Of a DNA stretch of 64,000 nucleotides, positions 38,112 to 52,379 are shown one piece after another. Position 1 is the stretch's first letter. Each line of letters begins with the position of its first letter. The stretch comes from Octopus sinensis (taxonomy: Eukaryota), in contig NC_042998.1 in assembly GCF_006345805.1 (NCBI RefSeq), positions 46,624,001 through 46,688,000 on the forward strand, given 5' to 3'. The notes under the pieces were generated by a model. That model was not told the origin of the DNA. It saw nothing but the letters and a program-made list of their open reading frames with translations, and did no database searches. Made by a program: the position numbers and the translations under genes.

Positions 38112-38518
38112 TAGAACGGAAACTTTTCATAGTTTGGAATTTAAATTCTAATCCCTACAGAGATTTATTGCTCCAGGAAAAACATTGAATTTGAATTACT
38201 TTTAATTTTTACGTTTATAGATAACAACTCGGGCTGTAACTTCTGAGCTCGAGTCAGGCGTGTGAGAACGATATCGAGAGAACGTCTGCTACGAATAGTA
38301 TCTTTTGACACAGGGCACTTCTAAGACACTGCCTGACACTGAACGAAAATAAATTAACTGCGACCAGGCTCAATAAAAGGAGCCCGAGTTATTGGTTGCA
38401 ATTACATACTTGAAGTCAGTGCTGGTAGATATTAAATGAGCTTGCAAATACACGTTCACTTTACTAAATTTATGCTCGGACTAAGCCCGAACAGCCCGAT
38501 TGCCGGAGTCGCCACAGT

Positions 38519-38554
<36 letters not shown>

Positions 38555-38598
38555 TACATGCTTACATACATACATACACACATACATACATACATATA

Positions 38599-38985
38599 GA
38601 TAACTTAGAATAACTTAGAAAGGTTTTGGCCAGTATTGGCCCAGGCTATGTCTAACTTAATAGCACCACCTGGCGAAGTCTTTCAATTCAGGATTTGGGC
38701 ACCAAGGCCCATTCGAGCAGAGAGTTATTGTTTGCGGAGACATATCCGGGTGTGGGTGGTTTGTCCGGGACTGTTTGAAGGAATTTGTCCAAAGACTTCT
38801 TGAATTTTGTGTGGTCAGTTTCTTTTTTGACGTGTCCTGGTGTAATGTTGAAGGGAGCGGGTCCAATTGAGGTGAAATAGTTGTGCCGTATTGTCGTTAT
38901 GTGATGCGATTTAGATTTTTGTTGTGGACGGATGGCACGTGGTCCAAGCCTTGGATGTATTTTGAAGGTGATACCAATATATTTA
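38599..38985 (-). mobile_element. 3' end of a CR1-group LINE
   Basis: IGITFKIHPRLGPRAIRP..TIRHNYFTSIGPAPFN..KFKKSLDKFLQTVPDKPPTPGYVSANNNSLLEW, then a short 3' UTR and a repeated tail (ctaagttatt). Confidence 0.8.
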
Positions 38986-39501
38986 CTCATATATATATTG
39001 TTACGGTCATTTTTTTCTTGCCAAATAAAACACACGCACTATATATATATTCGTTCTTCACTCCTTTAGTATTGTTCTTGTTTTATCTCATGTCCATTGT
39101 TTGGAAATCTTTCGTCACACATTTGCGACCTCTTAAGCGACTCTTCTACCCCACCTATCTTCTTCTTTTCTGCTTAGTCCATTCTGTCTTTCTATGGTTA
39201 GTATCCTTATCTGCGCATGCGTTTGCGCTTGTATGTGTGTTCGTCTGTATGTATGTGTGTGTGTACACGTGTCTATATCTACGCGTGTCTATGTGTTTTG
39301 TATGTGTGTTCTGTATGTGTGTGTATATATAGATTGCTTACTATATTGTTTTTATCCGTGCCCTTTATATGATTTATATACACACACATACACATACACG
39401 CACACACACACACACACATACACGCACACACACATGTATATAAGTATAGTAATAAGAAACGGAGAGAACGTTAATTGGTATTTTAAGTTTAAAAAAAAAA
39501 T

Positions 39502-39672
39502 GGCGCAGGAGTGGCTGTGTGGTAAGTAGCTTGCTAACCAACCACATGGTTCCGGGTTCAGTCCCACTGCGTGGCATCTTGGGCAAATGTCTTCTGCTAT
39601 AGCCCCGGGCCGACCAATGCCTTGTGAGTGGATTTGGTAGACGGAAACTGAAAGAAGCCTGTCGTATATATG

Positions 39673-39706
<34 letters not shown>

Positions 39707-39910
39707 CGTTTGTGTTTGTCTACCTAGCATTGCTTGACAACCGATGCTGGTGTGTTTACGTCCCCGTCACTTAGCGGTTCGGCAAAAGAGACCGATAGAA
39801 TAAGTACTGGGCTTACAAAGAATAAGTCCCGGGGTCGATTTGTTCGACTAAAGGTGGTGCTCCAGCATGGCCGCAGTCAAATGACTGAAACAAGTAAAAG
39901 AGTAAAAGAG
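39502..39910 (+). mobile_element. Complete OR-type composite SINE
   Basis: ggcgcaggagtggctgtgtggtaag head, CORE-like cttgggcaaatgtc, internal (TA)(TG), 3' half and (gagtaaaa)n tail. Confidence 0.93.
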
Positions 39911-41879
39911 CATTTTTGTAATACAGCGGCTAATATCCTCGGTGTTTCAGTTTAAAGATATAATATGATGCTCACTGTATGTTGATTGCTGACTCAAAGT
40001 CATCTGATGTGTCTCGTACACTCCAGCGCATTGCTTGTTGTATGCAGATACATACATGCATACATACATACATACATACATACATACATACATACATACA
40101 TACATACATACATACATGCATGCATGCATACATACATACATACATACATGCATGCATACATACATACATACATACATACATACATACATACATACATACG
40201 TACATACATACATACATACATACATACGTACATACATACATACATACATACATAAATACATACATACAACCAAGAAAACAAAAGTTCATTGTATCTCTTC
40301 CTAGATAGGATATTGGAAAGTTCATACACTAAATATTACAGATAAAAGGGGAGGAAAATCCAAGTAGTTCTTCGTTGTACTTCATCTAGCTAGATATCTG
40401 GAAAGTTCATGTAGCTAGATATCTGGAAAGTTCGTAACTCTACCTCATAAATAAGCGTAAGAGAATACAAGAAATTCTCTACAACTGTTTCTAAGGTTCG
40501 GTAATTAGTAAATGAGCATTGTTCAGTGTATGTGCACGTACATGAAGTATATTGGTGTTAGTGAATGTATATGAAATAATACAAATTTCAATTATATTAT
40601 CACTCAGCCCATCATCGGAAGGAACAGTAATATATAAATCCTGAAACAACACTGATACCAAGCTGTATCGATCTTGAAACAGTTCACTTACACAGCAATG
40701 TTGGCGTGACGCTGGGAGACAAGCATGCAGGTGAAAGACTGCCAGTCTGCCAAAATGGTAGCATTTCCCAGGCCTGTGCATACGTACACAGATAAATGGC
40801 CAGTTTTGATCGATAGAAGCATTTATATGTCATAAATAGAGTTTGAATGAATAAAATGTCTTTAATTCCTTTCACAATGTTTATTATCTCGTGGTACAGA
40901 TCATTCAGCCTTTGTTATTTTTATTATGAACTCAAATTTAGAATAGATAACACTTGCATTTTCTCACTGTACTTCCCACTGCTGAGCACTCTGTTCAAAA
41001 ACTTTAAACTTACACTTCCGTAAGATTAACTGGACCCATGAAGTCTGAATTCTTCAACTTCACAAGATCCTAATTTTCTTTCTAACTCCACAAGTTTCTC
41101 AACTCTCCATAACTACACAGACAAAACTAAATAAACTTGTTTTCTATGTAAGTTTTTTAATCTTCAAAATGATTTTATCTCGTTTATCAAGATCAACGTA
41201 TAAGGCTTCAAAGACATCAATGATATGAAAACAACCCTCAGCAAAATTTTTAATTCCGAGGGGGAAATATTATATTTTTACTGACATAATTTTGGTCTAT
41301 AAACAGTTTTAGTACATAACGAAGACTGCGTAAGGCCGTCATAAATAGTTATGAAATCCAAATGAAAAAACAAAAAAATTTTGAAATGAAGCACATATTA
41401 AACCGCATAAAGTTTGAGAATTAGTGATAATTATCTAATATCCTCATTTGTCGAAACTTAGATTCATGAAAATATTCGTTTTGATTAAGACTAAAACGAA
41501 AATATTTTCATAAAGATAGCTGACAAGTTTTCGGGATCAAGTTGACCTTTCATTTATCGTTTATGATATATAATGAAAAGCCCTGTAACATCTTACAAAC
41601 CATTAGTTTCTCACCGAAGGATTCATTATTATGTAGTAAGGTTAGCAGGATATCTTGGAAACTATTCGTTTCCAAATTATTGACCACGGCTGGGGATCAG
41701 AGAAAGTAAAGTGGAAAGAAACCTACCACATATACCTGACTTAATCAGAGCTGACATCTCAATTAGATAATTTAAATCTATCGGTTATGTTCCTTTCGGA
41801 TAACAAAATTTTTTACATGCTGGTATTATAGTAAAAGTAATAGTGCAGTTATGGCGTCTGGTTTGTTCCAAAACATTTC

Positions 41880-42275
41880 ACGCTTACTTCAAATCCTGCC
41901 AAGTTCAACTTTGCCTTTCATCGTTTCTTGATCGATGAAATAAAGTGCCACTCAAGTAATGCGATCATTCTAATCCCACAAGTTTCTGTGGGGTCACTTG
42001 AGTTTCTGGACTTGTGCTTAAGCAAGAACTTGATATCATTTTATAATTTTAATATGTAGCGAGGTATTAAGGCGGCGAACTGGCCGAATCGTTAGTGCGC
42101 TGGGCAAAATGCTTACGGCATTTTGTCCGTCTTGATATTCTGAGTTCAAATCCTGCCGAGGTCGACTTTGGCTTTCATCCTTTCGGAGTCGATAAAACAA
42201 AGGACCAATTTCGCACTGTGGTCGATGTAATCGACTTACCTCGTCCCTTATGCCTATATTTGAAACCAATTTGCA
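41880..42275 (+). mobile_element. SINE family A copies (one partial, one near-complete)
   Basis: aggcggcgaactggccgaatcgttagtgcgctgggcaaaatgctt...ctttcatcctttcggagtcgataaa. Confidence 0.88.
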
Positions 42276-43823
42276 ACATGGTATCAACTAACTGCTCCTG
42301 CAACTTAGTTTCGATTCTGCCCAGTTCAATAACGAACATGCGATGATTATAATTGTCATAAATTCCGCTTTCGTATTTCTTTCCTACATATCTAAGTCAC
42401 TGTGTCTATAGTGAAAAATGTTCACTAATATTGTTGTTATTTCTGTTGTAGATGCTGTTATTGTTGTTTTTGCTGCTGTTGCTGCTGATACTGATGATGG
42501 TGAGAATGTTATTTTAGTACTTCATGGTTATTTGAAGAATAAAAGGGTGGACTAGGGTTGACAAAAACCATAAATTCAACAGAGTATCCAATTTCCCGCC
42601 GTCAAATATCGTTTGCTCCGTTGATATCATCATAGGACTGTTTATCTAGCCCAGTTTTATTCTGTATAAGTCTTGGCGAGCAAGATAGATGTCGGAATGT
42701 TAGAATTACGCAAAGACAGTCACAGAGTTCTGAGCCAGTTCGGCAGGAAACATTAAGAGGCTTCCGGAGAAAAAAAAATACTAAAAACAACCGAAGTTAA
42801 AGCAAAAATAAACAAAATAAAAACAAAAAGGCGTATGTAAATCTGATTTTAAAATCTGACATCGCTAAAATAAAAAAAAATAACTAAAAAAATGTCGATC
42901 ATTGATAACGAGAGGAAGGAGAAATAGAAAGAAATACAGATGCAAAGGGTGAGAGGTTATGAAGAGATAGAAATATAGGGAGACTTAAGGAGAGAAATGT
43001 AATACCAAAGAGAGACAGACAGAGTAGAGGATGGGAGATTTCAATCAATATAGCTGAGTGAGGACGTTTATATCACTGATATTTCAGTTATTGATAATAT
43101 GTACGCAGAGTAGGATTTACTGTCGATAATCTAAATAGAAATTAGAGGGTATATAGTATCTTTTAAACTTTGATTGTATGTATGAGGTTTCAATACTTGA
43201 CGAAGGGATTAGAACGTATTTTCAACTGCTGATAATGGGAAATTTAATCTTTGATGACATGAGTGAGATTACGTGAGAAAATAAATGTAGTTCTTGACAC
43301 CGATTTGATATTAAACGACAAATGGAATGTAGTGAAATAAAATGCAAGATATAGTCGAGCGGGGTAAAACAATTTGTCCTTCTGAAAAACACTGACACAC
43401 ACGTGCGCACATACATACACATTACATGTACATGTTTAGAAAACAACAAAACAAGTTTAATACTTGTGTAAAGCAATAAATTTGAATTTCCTATTCAATT
43501 TAAATTTCAGCATCAATACAGTACTGATAACATGTTACTAGAATGTTCCTTAAATAACACTGAAAGGGTATCTAAGCAAGAAGTTAAGCAACACAAAATT
43601 GCAATTAAGAAATTTGTAAAACACTTTTAGGGTATCAGTAAATTACAGCCGAAGTATCATTGAAAACTGAAAAAAATGATGGCTGACCTGTGAGGCTACG
43701 TTACACGAGTACTATAAGTTAGAATTGAATCACCACTGAAGTATAGTGACGTATTAATGAAACATTGAAAAATATCAGATGTTACTGCTGTACTAATGAA
43801 AATTCAATCAGTACTAAAATATT

Positions 43824-44003
43824 CTTTTCTACCCTAGGCATAAGGCCCGAAATTTTTGGGGAGGGGTCCAGTCAATAAGATCGGCCCCAGTACGCAACTG
43901 GTACTTAATTTATCGACTCCGAAAGGATGAAAGGCAAAGTCGACCTCGGCTGAATTTGAACGTAAAGACAGACGTGCTAACGTTCTGCTAGCTGACCGCC
44001 TTA
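43824..44003 (-). mobile_element. SINE family A/B copy with TSD
   Basis: Flanked by tcagtact(a/g)aaatatt (~43808-43823 and ~44005-44020). Confidence 0.85.
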
Positions 44004-44084
44004 TTCAGTACTGAAATATTGACGAGGTGCCGCTAAACCAGTTCCTCTTAAACTGGGCAGTGGTTCCCTCTGCAATCACTTTTA

Positions 44085-44552
44085 GCTCGTTTGATAAGGG
44101 CACACAAGGCACATGCTTCACAACCATATGTGCGTGACATAGTGATCTCATATCAAGATAAACAGTGCATTACCTTGCAAGTAAAGCCTAGTTAGGATTT
44201 TCTTCAGGATGAGTAGCCCATCATGCTCAAAAGGGCCCTGAATGAGGATTGTCTAATGAGGATAAACAAAACACCCATGTTTCCAAAGGTGAATTATCCA
44301 AACCCCAAAGAATCCCTCTCAACACATGGCTATGATGCTCCCCCACTACGTCTGCTCGTGATCAGAGATGCACATATCGTCAGCCACTAAGGAGCATGCT
44401 CAACTGGTTAAGGTTAAGCAACTGACAAACAAATGTTTTATTTAGCAGAATATTTGCAGCTGTTCATTTTTTATACCATGACAAAACAATGTACATGATA
44501 ACACTTCCAATCAGTTAAGATCAGAAGCCATGAGAGCCACTGCATCAAGGCA
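44085..44552 (-). mobile_element. Second copy of the (TAA)n-embedded ~530-bp element, 3'-truncated
   Basis: Reverse complement of 17223-17680; its start abuts (ATT)n at 44553. Confidence 0.8.
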
Positions 44553-44619
<67 letters not shown>

Positions 44620-44626
44620 GTTGTTG

Positions 44627-44665
<39 letters not shown>

Positions 44666-44914
44666 TATCATCTTCTTTCAATTCTATTTCCATTTCTTGC
44701 CGAGTGTCTTCCTGACACCTAGGGCAGAGAAGGGCACTGTATACATTGGTAGGCCATTAAAATAAACACATCAGATTGTTCATTTACAAAGTCATCTGAT
44801 AGAGAAAAGCGGGGAAGAAAGACAGAGAGAAAAGGTAAAAATAAAAAAAATAAAATCTAAACAAAGAAAATATTGAGGAAAAAGGAAACCATGCACACAC
44901 ACACATGCACACAC

Positions 44915-45110
44915 ACATACACACTTTAACACACACCCACGCACATATATTACGAGGGGCTTCCGTACAGTTTCCGTCTAACAAATTCGCTGACAAACAT
45001 TGGTCAGTACTGGGTTATATGGGAAACACTTGCCCAAGGTTCCACACAGTGACACTGAACCCGAAACTGCATGTTGCAGAACATGTTTATTAACCACACA
45101 TGTCTGCGCC
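44915..45110 (-). mobile_element. 5' half of OR-type SINE
   Basis: cagtttccgtctaacaaattc..cttgcccaagg..cacacagtgacactgaacccgaaac. Confidence 0.7.
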
Positions 45111-45214
45111 TGAATAATATGATTTGAAAGGAATTTGGCTGCTATTTCGAGCATATGAAAGTGAGCTTATGGACGTAAAGGCTTTATCATTGACTCGTTT
45201 TTATTAAAGGGGTC

Positions 45215-46140
45215 GTTGCTGCTGATGAAGATGGAGATACGGGTGTTGGTCGTGATATTTTGGGTGGGGATGATGTCAGTGGTGTTGGTCATATTGGTAT
45301 TGGTGTTGAGGATAATGGTAGTGTTGGTGCTGTTGCTCATGCTGGTGGCGGCGTTGGTGATGATGTTGGTGGTGACGGCGGTGTTGGTGGTGATGGTGGT
45401 GATGGTGGTGTTGGTGGCGGTATTGGTGATGATGTTGATGGTGATGATGGTAGGGTTGGTGCTACTGGTGGGATTGACGGTGATGGTCGGGATGGTAGTT
45501 TTGGTGGTGTTGGTGGTCATAGCGTTGATGGCGGTGCTGGTAGTGATGGTGGACATGGCGGTATTGGTGATGGTGGTGGTGGTGATGGTGGAGGTGGCGG
45601 TGATGATGGTGGTGGTGATGATGGTGGTGGTGGTGATGGTGGTGGTGATGGCGAGAGTTGCGGTGGTGGTGGTATTGGTGGTGATGGTTGTGTTGGTAGT
45701 ATGATGGCAGTGTTTGTGGTGGAGTTGGTAATTATATTGTTTGTAGCGTTGGTAATAGTGCTGACGGTGTGCTATTGGTATTAGTATAGGCGATAGTGCT
45801 GTTGGTGGTGTTAGTTGTGGTGTTGACGATATTGGCATTTGTATAGTTGTTGTAAACAATAGTGGTGGCGGTAGCATTAGTGGTGGTGGTGGCGGTTGTA
45901 GGTTTCATGTTGCTATTATTGTTATTGTAGTAGTAGCAATAGCAGCAGTAGTAATAGTAGTGGTGGTGGTGTTGGTTTAGTTAACTTTTGCATTTTAATT
46001 ATTGTAAAAATGTAGTAGTAGTAGTAGTAGCGTTAATTGTGGTGGTGATGATGCTGTTGGTGGCGGTGTTAATGGCGGTGATAGTGGTGGTGGTGATGGT
46101 GGTGGTGGTGGTGGTGGTGGTGGTGGTGACATTGGTTTTG
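45215..46140. repeat. Cryptic (GGT/GAT/GTT)-type trinucleotide low-complexity region
   Basis: Open frames on both strands (Gly/Asp-rich, Val/Met-rich, Thr-rich) follow from the repeat itself. Confidence 0.85.
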
Positions 46141-46744
46141 GCAGACACTATGGATGTATATGGAGGTTATTTATTGTTGCTATCAACATCCGCTTTACTG
46201 ATGTAGAAAGATAGGGACGAAAAGGTTTCTGCTGGCTGGAGATTGGAGAAGAAAGTTCTTACAAAGAGAATACAAATAAACCAAGAGTTGACACCACGGA
46301 GCAGTTTGACATGTCGACACAAGCATCATTTGCCAACTCCTTCAACAATCCTGGACCGTTCCGATAACCCTTCCAAACAAATAACGGAATATGTATATGT
46401 GTGTTTGTATGCACGCATATATACTTGTATGTAAACGTGAACATATCTATTATGTATGTGTGTATATATATATATATGTATATGTATATGTATGTATATA
46501 TATATATTATATACGTGTATACATACACATATACACCACATATATAAACACGTACACATAATTGATGCTTATATTCTTTTGTAATTTATGAAAGAAAACA
46601 AGTATTTTGGCTCGACCAAATTCTTTGCCACTTTATTAATGTAATTGTTTCTCTCCTCCCTCTCCTTTCCTTTCAGGGAATGTATATATAAACATGCGTA
46701 TATATGTATTTATGCATGTATTTACGTATTTATGCATGTATGTA

Positions 46745-46780
<36 letters not shown>

Positions 46781-47290
46781 TGTATGTATGTATGTGTATG
46801 TGTGTATCTATGTGTGTGTGTATGTATATATATTATACACACATACACATACATACTCACACACGCACACACACCCATACACCCACACATCCACATGCAC
46901 ACAGATTAACACATAGGTGCAAATCGAGGTGGGGATAAAAGTAGTCCTTGAATACCAAAGATGGAGTAAAATACCATTTTATTGAAACCACCCCCAGAAT
47001 CTTCAGGAACTTGCTCAGAATTTCATGTAGCCATACGTCAGGCAGTTGTGACAATTCAGACGAACAATAAAGTTGTAAACTATGTTTTAAATAAGTGCTT
47101 AAAGGTACCAATTTAACGTTGGATTGGTCTCCATACAGGTCTAAGTACTCAAAATTGAGTGCATGTGGTTATCTGATGAACGCTTACGTGAAAGTCTGAG
47201 AACCAATTTTGAAGTACGTACGTACGTATGTATGTATGTATGTATGTATGTATGTATGTATGTATGTATGTATGTATGTATGTATGTATG

Positions 47291-47321
<31 letters not shown>

Positions 47322-47329
47322 ATCCTTGT

Positions 47330-47530
47330 ACAATTTTATTTCAAAATTTCTTGCCAATAGAAAACAAGCCGGTTTCTAACCTAGTTTCAAGGCACCGTCA
47401 TTGGAATTTCAACATCAGCAACAGGGTATTTTTGTTTGTATGTATGTATGTATGTATGCATATGTGCAGATTTGTATGCTTTGCTTTATGTATGTATTCT
47501 CATGCATGTAGTTGCATATCTAGACCATGT
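47330..47530 (+). repeat. Unclassified interspersed repeat associated with (TATG)n; second copy at 61380-61560
   Basis: ttcttgccaatag..aa.agccggtttctaacctag..ccaagg..ttggaatttc.acatca.ca..gggtatttt occurs at both loci. Confidence 0.7.
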
Positions 47531-48289
47531 ATGTATGTATGTATGTATGTATGTATGTATGTATGTATGTATGTATGTATGTATGTATGTATGTATGTAT
47601 GAATGTACTTACGTATGTATGTATATATTTACGTATGTATATACGTATGAGTGCATGCATATGTATGCATGTATATATCTGCATGTATGCATGGGTATGT
47701 ATGTATGTATGTATGTATGTATGTATGTATGTATGTATGTAGCATATAGTATAATTATAAAGAGAGAAAACTTTTAGCCATTTCTCTGCAAACTGAAAAA
47801 ATGATGAATAACCTTAATCGATTTTCGAACCTTATTGGGTTCTCATCAGAGGCGACTACATTATTCTTACAGTCTCCAGAGAAACAAGCAGCCAGGCAGT
47901 TCATATACTCAACAAATGCAGCAGTTACTCTATCAAGGAGTATGTATGTATGAAGAAGTATGTATGTATGTGTATGTATGTATGTATGTATGTATGTATG
48001 TATGTGAACGTCCTGCACAAATAATTTGTTTATAGTGATCAAATGTATGCTCCCCATCAAAACGACGTTGTCTGAATAGCTACACAGTGTACCGAATGTC
48101 AAGTGTCGAAGTGATCGCAAAACAACGTGATATGAATTGTTTCATTCAACAGCAAATCACACCACCCGGCCTAGGAATTGAAATCACGATCGCCAGATCT
48201 TGAATGCAGCACCCTAACTACTAGGCCATGTGCCCCCCCACACAAACGCACATAAATGAGGGCTTTGTCATTCAGCATGCAAGTATGAA

Positions 48290-49172
48290 AAAAAGTTAGT
48301 CGTCTATTTTATATGGATGACTTCAAACTCTATGGCGAAGATGATAATGAGCTCGAAGGACTACTATGTGAAAGGACTTCTATTGTGAAAGCATTCAGTG
48401 ATGATATCGGGATGGAATTTGGCCTTGATAAATGTGCCAAGGCCAGTTTTTAGAAAGGGAAATTGAAGACCTCACGTTCAGTGGTGTGGGATGTTGACAG
48501 TCATATAAAAGAACTCGAGCAAGAACAAACTTACAAACACCTCGGAATAAATGAGGGTTCTGGCATTCAGCATGCAAGCACGAAAGGGAAGATCAGGAAG
48601 GAGTGCTGCAGCAGAGTTCGAGCAGTCCTAACATCCGAGTTAAATGCACGTAATGTTAGCTTTAAAATTCCGTAGCAGTTTCGGTTGTTATTTACAGTTT
48701 CAATGAGTTGAACTGGAATATGAGCGAAATAAGGAAGATTGAAACGAAAATCCATAAGCTGCTGACTTGAAATAAGATGCACCACCCAAAGATAAACGCA
48801 GATCGTCTTTACCTTCCCAGAGCTTAAGGTGTTGAGGTTGATCCAGTTTGAAATTTCTTACAAAACCACCACAATTGGATTGGCAAAATATCCTGAAACA
48901 TCTAACGACTGGATGCTAAAGTTCATTGAAAACTATGAAAGACGTTAGAAGCTTCACTCTGTTATGAAGGAGAGCAAAAAAGTTTCAAGTGAGTTTATGC
49001 ATAATACCATGGTTGAATAGCAATATGGAAGTGCAGCAGCTGTAGTTACAAAGAAGGTGAAATCAATAGCAAAGCAAAATGTGTTTGAACAATTGGCAAA
49101 TAGGTGGGAGCAAAAAACTCTTCATGGTAAATATGTGGTCCGTAACAAACAAACTGACGTAGACCAGAAGTC
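48290..49172 (+). mobile_element. R4/Dong-clade non-LTR retrotransposon RT/thumb fragment
   Basis: LFYMDDFKLY (YMDD at 48310-48321), FSDDIGMEFGLDKCAK, TYKHLGINEG, RVRAVLTSELNARN, RWEQKTLHGKY; disrupted. Confidence 0.88.
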
Positions 49173-49860
49173 AGATTTGATATTGAATTTTTTTCCCTCT
49201 TTGGAAAGGAATTCTGATCCTTCTAGAAGGTTTGGGCATGTTGGTCGACCACATTTTTTACTTTCGCGTCCGTTATTTTAGAAAATAATTTTGCATTTGT
49301 GAGGATCTATTTTAGTGATTTCGGTTGTTTGTGGCTTATGTGTATGTAAAATTACCTTTAATTTGTGTCCTTATGTAGCATTTGATTTTGATTTTGATTT
49401 TTCCAGTTTCAGCTAATGAGCTGTGGCCATGCTGGGGCACCGCCATTTGGTAAATTTTGGTATTTTTTCTGACACTATTGTGCATATCTTTCTTGCAAGG
49501 TTGAAGGGGATGTTTGTTTTTGTGTGTCTTGGATGGCATGAATTAAATAGATGCTGATAGATAATTAATTAGATACTGTTTGGCGTCTGTGGTTTTGTAA
49601 AATATGTCTGTTTCTATTTTTATGTTTATTTTTTTGATTAATATATCCAAGAACAGGAGCTCCTTTTGGTTGTATTCCATTATGAAATGCATGTTTAGGT
49701 TGACGTTGTTCAATAGTCTTTTGAATTTCAGGAGTTTTTCATTCGAAATAGAAAAGTTCGAAGAACTCTTGAAAAGATTTATATATGCATCTCTTCAGTC
49801 AAAACACGCAAAAACATCAGCTTCATACTAATTTGGTCACGGTGACAATGATCTAACACA
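49165..49860 (-). mobile_element. Penelope-like element fragment (RT thumb and linker towards GIY-YIG)
   Basis: MEYNQKELLFLDILIKK..IETDIFYKTTDAKQYL..SCHPRHTKTNIPFNLARKICTIVS and KCGRPTCPNLLEGSEF..GKKFNIKSD. Interrupted by a SINE tail at ~49385-49445. Confidence 0.85.
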
Positions 49861-51006
49861 CTGCGATTGCTCTTTTCTTTTTCTTTTCTTTTTTTCGGTC
49901 TTGACATTGTAACTGTCTCTTCTTTAGTCACCTGCTATGACATGTTTCAGAAAGCTCCTGGCTGTGATTCTCGTTTGGACCCTATGTAGTTTTGGTGGCA
50001 GCCCAAGCATCTTATAGCATATTTCAAGTTTTCTGAGCTCGCAAATTTTTTATAGGATAATAACTGCTTAATCGAGTTTGCGTCGAAAATCCTATGATAT
50101 GCTTTATACATTTGAAAATGAAGATAAATTAAAGATAGTAAATCTTTGGCAATAGCTTAAAATTTAAAAAATGGATTAGACTTGGAAACAGTTGAGCAGA
50201 TTTTATATTGCATTTTATATGTAAAGCACTTTTGCAAAGGGCCACAGTGTAATGATAAAACTTGTAATGGATGTAGTCTTATCTGACGGTAATAAAGATA
50301 TAGTTAACGGAGGGTGTGAGAGAAGGGACAAACAGAAAGAGAAATCGAAAAAAGTGTATATGTGTGTGAGTGAGTGACTGAGAGAGAGAGAGAGAGAGAG
50401 GGGAGGACGGAAAGAGAAGGATAGAAAATAAATAACTGATTCTGAACAAAGTGAGAATAAGACTTAAGCGCAGCTAGAAAGAAACTAAGATGCTTAGTCC
50501 AATGTCATCTCCGAATAGACTGTCCTATGTTCAATGATTTTCCAGCCCGGGCAATCGCTTCATATCTCAGACAACAGGGTCAAATCTAGAATTTAGAATG
50601 ACAAGTTATGATTTGGTTGTAAATTTTACCGGGTCGAACAACTAAAGAGACGCCATCTCGATAGCACGAGAAATATAACGTATGCAAAATATTAGTTTCA
50701 AATTTTGGCATAAGACAAAACAAAATATTAGAAAGAAAAAAAAGTAAAAGAAACGAATATTTGAAAGTGGAATAATCACATTAGAGACAGCAAAATGTGT
50801 ACAAATGAACATGTGCAGACTTTTGTAATTGGTAATTGTGTGTGTAAGTATGTGTGTATGTGTGCATGTCTGTACGTAGATGTTAATGCCGGTTGTGTGT
50901 GTCAGAGGAAAACAATTAGAACAATATATATATATATATATATATAATATATATATATATATCTGTCTATTAATTTATCTGTCAATATATATATACATAG
51001 ATACAT

Positions 51007-51127
<121 letters not shown>

Positions 51128-51471
51128 GCATACATACACACACACACGCATATGTATACGCACATGCAATGTGGGGGTGACGGCGCCAGTGGGCCGGATA
51201 TAGAAGTCCGGAAGTAGTGGAATTGTAACAGGAGGGGGAAAGAAATGTGGAATGAAGAGAGAAATATCCGTCAACGGTCTTGCGAAAACAGTTGGTTGTA
51301 GCAGTGATAAGTCTCAGATAAGGAGGATCATTTGCACGGAAAAATAGCACCCACTCGCCATACGAAATGTAAACAGTGAAGAAGGGACCTCTATGCACAC
51401 ATACGCACGCACATTTATATAGACAGGCGTACACACACACACACAGAGACACATGCATACATATATGTATA

Positions 51472-51522
<51 letters not shown>

Positions 51523-51822
51523 TATATATTTATATGTACATGAATGTATGTAAGTTGGACTTTTTTCTATATGCATACATATGTACATTTTCTATATTAG
51601 ATGCATTTAATATTTCTTGTATATCAACTTGCCTAACTTGCTTGTCTTTATTTTTTACTCCTCATATATGTACATATATAGACATACATACATACATGCA
51701 TACATACATACGTATATACATATACATACATATATATATATGCATACATATATATACACATATACACACACACGCACACACGTCTCTACGTATGTGTGTG
51801 AGTGTATATATATAATATATAT

Positions 51823-51871
<49 letters not shown>

Positions 51872-51905
51872 AATTTATATATATGTATGCATATCTATCT
51901 ATTTT

Positions 51906-51992
<87 letters not shown>

Positions 51993-52379
51993 ATATATAT
52001 ATAGCTATAGATATATATGTATATGTACGTATGTATGTATATAGACATATACTTTCTCTGAATCATATGTGTGCATATGTTTTAACAAATTCGTATGTAT
52101 ACACTCTTCTACTTTTAATAATCGGTAGTTTAACTGTAAGGAGTTGATTTCTCACAAAGATACAAAGCTGAATCGTTGGAATTTAGATCGCAAAAACAAG
52201 TTAATATTTTGAACTTGAGGAAAGTCATGCATATTTTAACTGTTTCACTTACAGATTGATTTGTAATATGAATTTTAACTGGTAATATATTTTCTTAAAA
52301 CCCCAGGTTTAACAGATTGTTTCTTCGGCATCTACTCACAAAACGAAATTCACCATTATTACTAATACGAATTTATTGG

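Noticed and set aside
40690-40772. Minus-strand candidate exon (82 nt, donor gtaagt)
   Set aside because: No recognisable protein in any frame and only a moderate acceptor.
45167-45877. Gly/Asp-rich (174 aa) and Thr-rich mucin-like (236 aa) ORFs as structural proteins
   Set aside because: Frames are open on both strands because of the trinucleotide low-complexity sequence; no signal peptide or supporting exon structure.
46268-46375. Minus-strand candidate exon GYRNGPGLLKELANDACVDMSNCSVVSTLGLFVFS
   Set aside because: Only a vague resemblance to glycosyltransferase NGP-LL motifs, a weak acceptor, and no partner exons found.
51170-51400. CpG-containing patch with ETS-like CCGGAAGT
   Set aside because: A single short motif is not enough to call a promoter.
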